Of a stretch of DNA of 64,000 nucleotides, positions 34,101 to 47,161 are shown in pieces. Location: NCBI GenBank assembly GCA_964016885.1, contig OZ024743.1, forward strand, positions 305,288,001 to 305,352,000, written 5' to 3'. The DNA is from Eledone cirrhosa. Its lineage: Eukaryota. The notes beneath the pieces are model-generated. The model had not been told where the DNA came from and ran no database searches. It saw only the letters and a program-made list of their open reading frames with translations. Every line of letters starts with the position of its first letter. Within the stretch, counting starts at the first letter, position 1. Position numbers and translations under genes: made by a program.

Positions 34101-37100
34101 TATCTTTGTCTCCTTGGGCCTGGGAGAGGACACGTGCTTCCACTGACCACTCTCTGGGTCATACATGAATACCCAACTCTCATTGCAAGTTACTATTCAG
34201 TAAACCAGAATCAGCCTCTATCGTATCGAGAATGTCAGTGCAATATTCCATATGAAACTGCCTCTGGTTCTCCGAGAGAATCTTTGGCTCGAATTTGGCA
34301 TATATTTTCTGGAGGTCCAGATTTTGGTCAGAATCCATTCCTGTCTTATTGTTTAGTAATGCATCATGTGGATAGCAGCAAAGACATGTACATTAAAATT
34401 ACTCTTGAGTCACAAATAATCGGTGTGTGGGTTGGGTGGGGGAATACTCAGGGGATTTGGAATAAGCAGGGGGGGGGGGGGTCAGTAATTTTTCTAGGTT
34501 GTCTCCGTTGATTTAAAAAGAAACAGAATTGGTTGTTTAGTTTACATATTGCAAGACCCAACCCATCCTATTTATTTTATAAACATGGGATTTCTAGTAA
34601 TGTACTTTTTTTTTGTCGTGTATAATGTTTTTTAATGTATAGAGAAAATTGTCACAGGAATGTTAGCACTTAAAATAAAACTTTGCCAGAGATAGATGAG
34701 CAAAATTTAATAAGCTGGAGAGCTGGAATAAGAGTGGGGGATGGGGTGGAAAAAATCTGAAGAATTAATAAGTGTGGCAAGGTGGATTATTCAAGACCTA
34801 AGAGTTCTTTAATGTAATGAGAGCAAACCCTATAAACTCATAAAATGAGTAAAATATTGTATTGTTATTTTACTTTTTAGATATGCAAATTCTCGCAGAA
34901 TAAGTTCATCCATATCTTCCTACATGAGATCACCAATTTGCAGAGGAGATGAGAGCTCAATAATGGACTGTCATGCTTACTTTTCAAGTTACACTAGTTG
35001 TTCACGCTACAAACTTGGTGCTCGTTGCCAGGATGATCGTAAGTACAAAAGTTCATATAACATGTATCCATGTGAGATTATTATTGAAATAATTCTTTAA
35101 CTTTTTTAACAAATTACAAAACCAAGTTTTATATCTAGTTGTCTTGGTTGTTATCAAGATACTGACTTATCACTGTTAACATTTGCCACTGGAATAATTG
35201 CACTAGACACTGTAAATCAATAAAACACTTGGTAATTTCACTTTATTACAGCTGATGTTTATATTTACAGTAGTGAATTGTTATTTGTTTTGTTACATAA
35301 CATAGTCAGAGGAGAATGAAGGTACCCATAAAGTTTGAAGGCCTTCAAAGACTGGTGTACGTGAAGGTGTATGTGTAGAGAGAGGAGGTTGTGTGATTTA
35401 TTTCCTTATGATCAAGGTATGCAAATAAAATATAAATGAGAACAAAACTAGGAGCCTGGTCTGAATGTTTGTAACAGAGTGAACTGTTCTAAAGAAACCC
35501 GAAAATCTGAATGTGTGTGGCAGTGGTGGTAGAATTGGGGAGCATATGTGACCAATCACCTCATGACCAACCAATGAAAAAAGAATGATGGCACCAGCAA
35601 TGGGAGGATGTTAGAGGTATAATATTGACAGCACATGGCTCAGTGGTTAGAGCATTAGGCTTACAACCATTAGGTTGTAAGTTTGATTCCTGGGCCATGT
35701 GGTGTGTTGTGTCCTTGAGCAAGACATTTTATTTCATGTTACTCCAGTTCACTCAGCTGTAGTAATAAGTTGTGTCATCACTAGTGCCAAGCTGTATCGG
35801 CTTTTGCCTTTCCCTAGACAACATCAGTGGCATGGAGAGGAGAGACTGGTATGCATGGGTGACTTTTGGTCTTCCACAAACAACCTTGCCTTGATTTATG
35901 CCACAGAGGTGGAACTTTCTAGATGTAAATCTCATGGATATTTGTGACTGAAAGGGGTTTTTACCAATATCAAACTTTAACATGCTGAATTTTGTTATGA
36001 ATTGCTTCCCTTGACACTGTATTATGTATTAACCCTTTAATGTTCAAACTGGCCAAAACCGGCCAGAATTCTCTACCTCTTTCTGTTGAAACTGGCTGTA
36101 ACTGGTCACTCAAACTGATGTTAAGGTATTGTTCTCAAAATAAATACTTTCAAAATCTCATAGATTCGATATTATGTGAGATAATTATGCGAGATAAAGC
36201 CTTTACCATGAAAATATAATAGTATATATAGAGTAATATGAATGCTAAAGGGGAGATTACTCTATCGGTGACATAATGTGCCTAGAGTGCTGAGAAGATT
36301 AAAAAAACTAGATGACTGATTTTGAAAATGCCTAGCTTTGGCATTAAGACAAAATGAAAAATCCTCCACAAGTATTATAATTTTGATACATCTGTTATCA
36401 GTAATCTCTCTAAATATTGAATTTTAATGCACATTGGAGATAATCTTACAGAATACATATAATGAATAACAAATTAGACTTGTTTACTGGTTGGGGGTTT
36501 ATATAACATTTTATCTATATGCAAACATTCGTAGTTTAAAATATAGGATTTGCTATATCATCAATATCTGTTAGATGTTAGCACCTGTACTATACTGTGG
36601 TGTAACAATCCTTTTATGTATTTGTTTATTGAAATTAATTTAAGAAATCATTAATTATAATTTGTATGACATTCCAGCAAACAATGTGTATTGCTCCTTT
36701 GACAACAATATCTGTGAAATGACTATTGATGGCAACGATGAATATACATGGAAACGGGTACAGCCTAGCCAGTCCCCTCAAGGAAATGGACTTGACAAGG
36801 ATCACACAACTAAATCTAGATTTGGTAATTAGTTTCAGTTTTTATAATTTTTCTCTTCATAAACTATCTTTTAATTATCACAATCTCTGTTTCAGTCAAT
36901 TTTCCACATTTTCTATGTTTTGCATAAGATGCAATGTCTCAAGTAGTATTTTTACCACTTGTCTCATATTATAATCCTCAGATAGAAACGGCACATAATA
37001 GATATTATTTTTTTAAAGCAGAATTTTTATTATAAAATAATTTAAATGAAAAAAACAAATATTTTCAATATACCAAATCTCACAACGTCGTGGAAAACTC

Positions 37101-40100
37101 ATTGACATTGTATAAAAATTATTGAGCAGTATCTAATAAAAAACACATTATTAAAGGGAACAAAAATGGGAAGAAAAAAAGTAAAGAAAAAAAGGGATCA
37201 AGAAATAAAAGAAAAGGAGAGGGGGAAGAAACAGACATTACATCCCAGTCTGAACAGAGCCTCAACCACACCCCACAGACAAAGGCATTACTGTGGAGAA
37301 TGGTCAGAGACACCCACTTGGAACATACATTCTACCAACTGGATTTATTGTTCATTCAACTGAAGCTGCTATATTGTATTCTTAAGAATAGTCATAATAA
37401 TTAGAGACACACTGGATAATGTAGTTCTAGATCTTCAGATCATATCCTGGAGAACAGATGTAACTAAATTGCTCTACAGCTCATACATTTACCTTTCTGC
37501 CATCATAAAGTGTTTGTTCAAATCCAAGTTGTAAAAGAAATTTTGAAAGTGAAATAAATATATCAGTATTTGGTGAAATCAAAGTGTGCTAGCTTCTTGG
37601 GAGCAGGACAAACAACAGCATATTTCCAAGGATCATAAGAGATTCCTGTGGATTTATTCAAGAGTTTGGCATAGAGTCAAGCTCTGAAGAGCAGGTTTTA
37701 AGGATGATAGAACAGGCTGGGTGTTTACCTACTTGATGTGTTATTATTATAGTTTAAACCCAAATGAACTTCGATATTGCAATAATTATCTCATTTTTAT
37801 TTTATCTATCTTGTATATCTAAAACTACATCTTCCAATGTGCTCATCATTTTTTCAACCCAATAGGATGTGATTTGAAGCTGATTTACCTGCTATTTCTT
37901 GCAAGTTGAGTTTTCTACATAAAGGCTTTCCAACTGGCGTGTATATATACATATACATAGTAGGGAAACTATTGTAATGGAAAAATAATGTTTTATTGAT
38001 GTTTGCAAAGTGTATACAATGTAGAGTTGAATACATGTCAGATAATGCACATAGAAATGTTATCCATAGGAGTACTGCTTACATTGTTGAGGAGTGAAGG
38101 GTAAGGAAGTTCCACTAAGTTGGTAGAAATTCTTTGTGCAAGAAACCATAAGAATTGGTTACAATTCAAGAGATGAAAGAATGTGCAAGCTATGTGATAC
38201 TTGAAGACATTTTGTTTTATGGATGGTAGTCATTTTGTTGGTAGGAGTGGCTTTTTGGGGGAATTGCTAGTAGCATTCTTTACTTAAGTGTAGCTGCATA
38301 TTTAGGTGTGAATAATTTCAGGTGATTTGTGCCTATGACTTTGAGGTGGATGACGGATGTGATGGAACAGGCCAAAAGAAAAGAAATAGTTTCAGTTACA
38401 TCTGTATCTAACTGTGATCAAGTTTGAAACCCAATTATTGCCGAGAGTAGTGGAGCCCTCCGATAAGTTTGCTAACTTCTATATTGATATAATGTTCATG
38501 AGATGAAAGAGAATATGGTATGTGAAAAGCTATGGTTAGAATTGTCTAATGATCTGATAGGTTCATAGATGGTTAAGATTTAGTAGGGACTTGGCTTGCA
38601 AATGAGAAAAAAACAAGGATGTTTGAAGTTGCTGCATGTCAATCAAATATATTTTTCGACGGTGCTAATTATTGTGAAAAGTTAAGGATTGTGTAAGATT
38701 GGAGTATTACACTAGCAGTACAAATAAGGAAGAATACAAAAGGCAAGAAGAGTCATGAACATTCAAGTGACCAACTGAGGTGTAAAGTGAGATAAAAATC
38801 CTTGATATAAGATAAGAAATGACTGATGAATTCAAGGACTAGTAGAGACAGCAGTTATATTGCAAAGAGTGTGGACAATGGGATTTGAGCTAAAGATACA
38901 TGAAGTCATGTAATATCTAGATTAGAAAGGAAAGTTGCAAGGAGTGTAATATTTGAATATGCACAAACACAATCCCTTGGGGTAAAATTATAGTACACTA
39001 TATAGACTAGACAACAGTGTACAGTATATATACTACAGACTGTAGAGATGAGCTATGTCTATAGGTATAATATATATATATACCCGAGATAGCAGAGATG
39101 GTCTATATCTCTAGGTACAGTATATATACCCTAGAGAACAGAGATGGTCTATATGTCTAGGTACAGTATATATACCCTAGAGAACAGAGATGGTCTATAT
39201 GTCTAGGTACAGTATATATACCCTAGAGAACAGAGATGTCTATATCTCTAGGTAGAGTATATATACCTTAGAGAACAGAGGTGGTCTATATCTGTAGGTA
39301 CAGTATATATACCCTAGAGAACAGAGATAGTTTATATGTCTAGGTAAAATATATACCTTAGAGAACAGAGATGGTCTATATGTCTAGGTACAGTATATAT
39401 ACCCTAGAGAACAGAGATGGTCTACATCTCTAGGTACAGTATATATACCCTAGAGAACAGAGATGGTCTATATGTCTAGGTACAGTATATATACCTTAGA
39501 GAACAGAGATGTCTATATCTCTAGGTACAGTATATATACCCTAGAGAACAGAGATGGTCTATATCTCTAGGTACAGTATATATACCCTAGAGAACAGAGA
39601 TGGTCTATATGTCTAGGTACAGTATATATACCTTAGAGAACAGAGATGGTCTATATCTCTAGGTACAGTATATATACCCTAGAGAACAGAGATGGTCTGT
39701 ATCTCTAGGTACAGTATATATACCTTAGAGAACAGAGATGGTCTATATCTCTAGGTACAGTATATATACCCTAGAGAACAGAGATGGTCTATATCTCTAG
39801 GTACAGTATATATACCTTAGAGAACAGAGATGGTCTATATCTCTAGGTACAGTATATATATCCTAGAGAACAGAGATGGTCTGTATCTCTAGGTACACTA
39901 TATATACCCTAGAGAACAGAGATAGTCTATATCTCTAGGTACAGTATATATAGCTTAAAGAACAGAGATAGTCTATATCTCTAGGTACAGTATATATACC
40001 CTAGAGAACAGAGATGGTCTATATCTCTAGGTACAGTATATATACCCTAGAGAACAGAGATGGTCTGTATCTCTAGGTACAGTATATATACCTTAGAGAA

Positions 40101-43100
40101 CAGAGATGGTCTATATCTCTAGGTACAGTATATATACTCTAGAGAACAGAGATGGTCTATATCTCTAGGTACAGTATATATACCTTAGAGAACAGAGATG
40201 GTCTATATCTCTAGGTACAGTATATATATCCTAGAGAACAGAGATGGTCTGTATCTCTAGGTACACTATATATACCCTAGAGAACAGAGATAGTCTATAT
40301 CTCTAGGTACAGTATATATAGCTTAAAGAACAGAGATAGTCTATATCTCTAGGTACAGTATATATACCCTAGAGAACAGAGATGGTCTGTATCTCTAGGT
40401 ACAGTATATATACCTTAGAGAACAGAGATAGTCTATATCTCTAGGTACAGTATATATATCCTAGAGAACAGAGATGGTCTGTATCTCTAGGTACACTATA
40501 TATACCCTAGAGAACAGAGATGGTCTATATCTCTAGGTACAGTATATATACCTTAGAGAACAGAGATGTTTATATCTCTAGGTACACTATATATACCCTA
40601 GAGAACAGAGATGTCTATATAGGAACAGTATATATACCTTACAGAACAGAGATGTCTATATCTCTAGGTACAGTATATATACCCTAGAGAACAGAGATGG
40701 TCTATATCTCTAGGTACCGTATATATACCCTAGAGAACAGAGATGGTCTATATGTAGGTACAGTATATATACCCTAGAGAACAGAGATGGTCTATATGTA
40801 GGTACAGTATATATACCTTAGAGAACAGAGATGGTCTATATCTCTAGGTACAGTATATATACCCTAGAGAACAGAGATGGTCTAAATGTCTAGGTACAGT
40901 ATATATACCCTAGAGAACAGAGATGGTCTATATCTCTAGGTACACTATATATACCCTAGAGAACAGAGATGGTCTATATCTCTAGGTACACTATATATAC
41001 CCTAGAGAACAGAGATGTCTATATCTCTAGGTACAGTATATATACCCTAGAGAACAGAGATGGTTTATATGTATAGGTACACTATATATACCTTAAAGAA
41101 CAGAGATGTCAATATCTCTAGGTACACTATATATACCCTAGAGAACAGAGATGTCTATATGTCTAGGTACAGTATATATACCCTAGAGAATAGAGATATC
41201 TATATAGGTGCAGTATATACACCCTAGAAAACAGAGATGATGTATATCTCTAGGTACAGTATATATACCCTAGACGACAGAGATGGTCTATATATATATA
41301 GATACAGTATATATACCCGGGATAGTAGGGATAGTCTTTATATATATGTATATTATATGCACCCAAAATACCAGAATTAGTCTATATCTATATGTACATT
41401 ATATATACCCTAGGCAGTAGAGATAGTCTATATCTGTACATTATATATAATCTAGATGGTATAGATTGTCTTTATGTATATGTACCTTATATATACCCTA
41501 GACAGCAGAGATGGTCTATATCTATACAATATATACCCTAGACAGCAGAGATGGTCTATATCTATACAATATATACCCTAGACAGTAGAGATAGTCTATA
41601 TCCATATGTACATTATATATACTCCACACGACAGAGAGAGTCTTTATCTGTTGGCACATTGTATATACCCTAGATAGCAGAGAAGGCATTTATCCTATAT
41701 GTACATTATATATATATATATATACATTAGACAGTAGAGATATCTATAGATAAGGAATCAAACATTTATTTCTCAGAAAGGTACAGAGTCTGTGCTCTCT
41801 GTGTGAATAAGAAGTGATGGGTGGGTCCAGCTCATGCTGTAGCCTATGAATTTGTGCAAAAAAGATAATTGGAATACCTGACAGATCAAAAAAAGATTTG
41901 AAATTATCTGTGAGATGAAAAACTTGGTTATACCCCGAATGTATTTGATCATATATCGTCAGGATCTGAGACAACGGTAGCTAAAAGAAGGAGACCTTAA
42001 AATATTGTTGGACCATGTACTGCTCTCGGCATGAAACAGTAAAATAAAGAAGGAAAACAAAATTGTATATTTAATTACTAATTCACAATTAAGTTTAATA
42101 GTTTTCTCATCATGAACAAGATGTCGTTCTATCGATTTCTGTCCTTTTCTCTTTCATCCTTCTGGTTGCAAGATATCATAATAACTTCCCTTGATTCTGT
42201 ATGATGGAGAATGAAGATTTCATAATTACTTCCCTTGGTTCTCTCTGAGGTAGAATCAATATTTCATAGTTACTTCCCTTATTTCTCAAGGGGGTAGAAT
42301 GCAATTAATTGTTTCTACTTTAGGCACAAGGCCAGCAATTACCCAGTTGCAATTAATGATCAACATAAAGCATAAGATAAAGTTTTGAATTCAATTAAAG
42401 TGTTCTATGCTGTCTATCTGTCTGTCCGCTTGTCTATCTGTATGTGGTATGTATGTGTGTGTATATAAATATACGTATGTGTGTGCGTGCGCATGTTTAA
42501 ATGTATGTATGTATGTATGTATGTATGTATGTATGTATGTATGTATGTATGTATGTATGTATGTATGCATGTGTGTGTGTGTACGCACGTATGTATGGAT
42601 ATGTGTGTGTTTGTGTGTGTATGTATGTATGTATGTATGTATGTATGTATGTATGTGTGTGTGCGTGTATTTATGTATGTGTGCGTGTATTTATGTATGT
42701 GTGCGTGTATGTGTTTAATGGAAAACAGGAATTTTAAACACCACGAGTGGAGCATGTAAAATTAAAGAAGGATCTGCTTTACCTAGATTTTCAAAGAACC
42801 AAAATGACTTTATGTGCAATGAGTGTGGCCGAATTTGCCTCAGGAAATCTAGTCTTAGTCATCACACAAGTCATGTACAAAATGTTGCTGATTATGGTCT
42901 CTTTGGCATTTCTTCCTGTTGGAAGTGTGGAAAACTATGTGCCACGTCCAATCGACTGCAATGTCATTTCAAGGTTCACCAAGACAAAACAGTGAATTAA
43001 AGTTCATCACTGTAGCATATGCAGAAAGGAATGTAAATCTTTGGCAGGGCTAAAGTGTCAAGTTCGTGCCACCCATGTGTGGGAAGGAGATCAAGTAGAA

Positions 43101-46100
43101 ATAATTCTTGAAATCGAGATGCAGCCCACATGTATGTATTTTCTTCTGGTTTTATAATTTTATAAACTTTTACCAATAGAGAGAGAGAGAGAGAGAGAGT
43201 TGGTTTCTAACATAGATACAAGACTCATTAGAATTTAAACAACATCAACTAAGTAGATATGAATGTATATCTGCATACATGCATGTGTGTGCAGGTATGG
43301 ATGTTAATGTATGCCAGGATGTGAATGTTTTGTGTTATATGTGTGCATGACATATGCTTTGTATCAGTACAAGTGTGCATGCAATTATTAGATGCAAAAT
43401 TATTGGAATGTTTTATATATATTTACTGTTCCATTAATGGATTGTACTTGTAATTTCCTAACTAGTTGTGTTCTTTCTGTTTCTGCGAAGCCAAGCTTCT
43501 CAAAATTTGTATTGAGGCAGTTACTAACTTATCCCAGTGCCCCCAATAATCACAGGCATAAATCTGAAGGCATAATCAGGGTGGAGTATGTGCAGATTTC
43601 TCATCAGTTCTGCATAGATATTCTCCTTTTCGCTAATCTCTAATATTATATTGGCATCTGCTGGACAGTTAACTTCCACTATTGTGCATGCCTTCTTTTC
43701 CATGTCCCATATCATTATATTTGGTCTGTTATGCCTGCATTTTATTGGAGTTTGACTGGAACATTCCACCAGTAACTTTTCATATTAAGTATATGTATGT
43801 CTTCTACATTGCTGTAACTTTTAATGTGTTTATTGTAGGGGTTATCTTTTCTACGGAGTGCATTGTAAAGTGTTTTGGCCACTACATCATGCCTCATAGG
43901 TAGATAGTACCTTGATGACAACTTTGGACAGATACTTATGACATAGGTGACATCTTCGATGTTAATTCAGCAGAGTCTGCATTTGTTGTCACATATAGGT
44001 GTTTTACCTGCTTCCCTATCTCTGTTGTGAATCGGGTATTTTGTGTTGATTGCCTGTCCTTGGATTGCAAAACCATATTCTTCAAAGTGGGAGCCAATAT
44101 ATTGGTTGTTGGTCCTAGATAAACTAAGTTGCTTATCTATATTACTCTCACTGTGGAGTTTCCTGGCAACATATACATGCATGTTTTTTGCTGATAACCA
44201 TGCAGTGTTTCATCCATGGATTCGCTGCGTTATCCCTGGGCAATTTCTCTGGGTGTGAGCTTTTGATTATCATGCAGGGAATATCTTTCAACGAGTTATT
44301 TCCCAATTCTCATGATCTTATCTATTTCCTGAAGAAAGACATGCACAACAGATGGGCTCCCATGATTCGAAAGTCGTAAGTGTTGTTGGAGGGATTTGAT
44401 GCGACAATCAAATGCTGTTTGGACTGATGTTAAGCCTCTGCCTCACTGCTTACGTTTGAAGTAGAGGCGGTCTATGTCACTGTTGATGTGGAAGTTTCCG
44501 GTGTTGTTTAGGACTTTTCAAATTTTAACATCAATGGCTCAGATTTTGTCTATCGTCCACTCGAGTATTCCAAATGTTGATGTTAGAAAAGGCACAGCTA
44601 GCACATTGTGAGCCACTGTTTTATTGTGCACAGAGAGTTCTGCTGATCATATTTTTCTTTATCGGGTGTAATATTCTCTTGTTACGCATTCCTTATTACA
44701 AATACCATTATATTCTCATCTATCCCCAGGTATCTGTAGCAGTCCTCGTCAAATATCGGTGAAACAGGCCATTGATAAAAATAGTGCTCGATTGGGTTGT
44801 AGTTTTGCCCCACTTTACAGTCATATATGAGCATTTATCCTGGCCAAACTCCATTCCTATATCGTTTGAGAATGTTGTAACCAGGTCAAGATTTGTCTTC
44901 ATCCTATTTATGTTCTTGGCATAGAGTTTCACGTCATCTACAAAGAAATTATGGGTTAAGTTCGTATTTCTGTCCTCCTGTGAGCCATGATGTATCCTTC
45001 ACATTTCTTGAGCAGAAAGGACAAGAGGTTTAATAAGAGGATAAATAGCACAAAGAGACTGTCTCCTTGAAATACACCCCTGTGATATGCTATTTTATCA
45101 GTGAAAATAGAATCCTTCTTCTCTGTTTTTAACTTTAGGTTAGAGAACAGGAAGATAACAGCTTCTCTTTGGCTCTGACAATAATGTCTAGGAGTTTAGC
45201 AACTTGGAGAGCCTGTATCATCCAAGTGTGGGCAACAGAATCAAATGCTTTCCTGTAGTCCAGCCAGACTGTAACCTTATTCCTCCTAAGTTATCGCTCC
45301 TCTGACATCGCAACTTTGTTAATTAGGAGTTGTTCAGCACACCCCAAACACCGTTCTTTTCATCTGTGATGATGTCATTACTGTTGCGGTGATCTTGGAG
45401 GAATAAGTTCAGGTAGGCTGTATACATCTTATACATCAGATACTGGCATGTAGTGGGTTGGTATTTTTTTGTCAAGTGGATGCCTTTGTTCTTGGGGACC
45501 AGTATTGTTTGTGCTAATGTCAACCATTCTGGTATATGTGCATCTGCCTTGAAATCTTGCTGGTAGAGGTTGATAAGGTATATCCGATAGAGTATTAGTA
45601 TTTTGTACCAGTAGCCAATAATCAAGTCTCTTCATGTGTTTTCCTACCACAGTCTCATTTATTTCGTATGTTTTTGTTGTAGTGGAGCAATAGTTCTTTT
45701 GGATTTCTTTTAGCCACACTGCATCCTGTTGAAATTCTTCTTTTCACCCCATATTTTTCTCCAGAAGGAATCTGTCTTTCTGGGATGGTGCCTCAGTGAC
45801 ATTTATTACTTTGCCCTTTATGCATCTATAGACTGATGTTAGGTTTCGTCTGAATCTTTTATTAATTAATTTTCTTTTATCTACACTCTTCAGTATCGAA
45901 GCTTCTCGCTGACAGCTATCAATTCTTGTAGAGGATAATCAGTTTATATTGTAGAGTTTGTTGGTGAGGAGTGAAGTTTTTTTCTCTTTGTTTGCATGCA
46001 AGGAGCATTGTCAAATATCCTAGAGTTTTTCGTTGGTAAGCAAACTTTTTATCTATTTTAGTTATATATGATGGTATTTTTGGTGGTCTTTTGTTCTTGT

Positions 46101-47082
46101 TAATATCTCTGTTATCAAGATAATGCTCCACTGTCGTTTCTAGTGCATATAAACGGGTGTTGATTTGCTAAAATGTGGGCTTTTAATTTGTCGTAAATAT
46201 TCATCTACTATTTTAATAGCAGGTATTTGGTTTTCAGTATTCTTGTTTTATTACGTTCAGCAAAAGAAATGTTTATACATGAATTAATTTCTCTCTGGAA
46301 GATTTCGTTGAGGGAAAATTTCAATTGTTTATACTTTTGATTATTATTAGCAATAGTGTTTTCCACAACAGTGAAGGATGACTCAGATGGTACACGTGGT
46401 GTAAAATTTCTTAAGGGCATAGTTGTTTCAAGGCACTGTTCGGTCTGGCTGCTAGGCAGGCTAGCAGCATAGCGACCTGTAGCATGTGCTGTTGATTCCA
46501 TGTTTGTTCTGGGGGACTAAAAATTGATAATATTTATCTTATTTTTACGTTCAACAAAAGTTGTTTGTTGGCGTAATTGTTTGGCTGTGAAATGATTCAG
46601 CTCTGGGTGTATTTCGTCTCAGTGTAGTTTCATTCTGTTCATATAGACAACGGATGGATTTTTTTTGCCATTTTATAACGATTAAATAAATCATCATTAA
46701 GTTTGCAACTCCGTGAGAATTGCAATTTATAATTTCGGTTTATTCTTTAGCTACAACTAAATAAATGTTGTTTACTGTTCTCATTGATTTACTTCGGTAA
46801 ATTGTTCTCGTTGCTTGTGTTCGGTAAATTGTTGTTGTTGTTGATGTTCTCCGCAACCATTCTGTTTGTAGCAAATCCTTGTAAAATGAATTGTGTATTT
46901 AGTCGGATATCTCTACGAATTCGAATAAAATGTGTCTCGGGTGGATATAGTTAGAAGAATATCCAGTGGTTCAACACGACTGGTAGTTATGGCATTACTG
47001 TCGGAGATAGTATTCATTTTAAATTTAATTAATACTTTCCCGTGCCAAAATGTACGACTTATCGTGCTGTCTGTCTGTCTGC

Positions 47083-47121
<39 letters not shown>

Positions 47122-47130
47122 TGGGTGTGG

Positions 47131-47161
<31 letters not shown>

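Noticed and set aside
34939-34953. RGD integrin-binding motif in the SRCR domain (CRGDE)
   Set aside because: Falls on the SRCR consensus CxGxE, so it is readily explained by chance.
42812-43075. Possible host C2H2 zinc-finger gene
   Set aside because: Stop between fingers, no TGEKP linkers or splice sites, and it ends in a retroelement-type tail within microsatellite; better explained as a LINE C-terminus.
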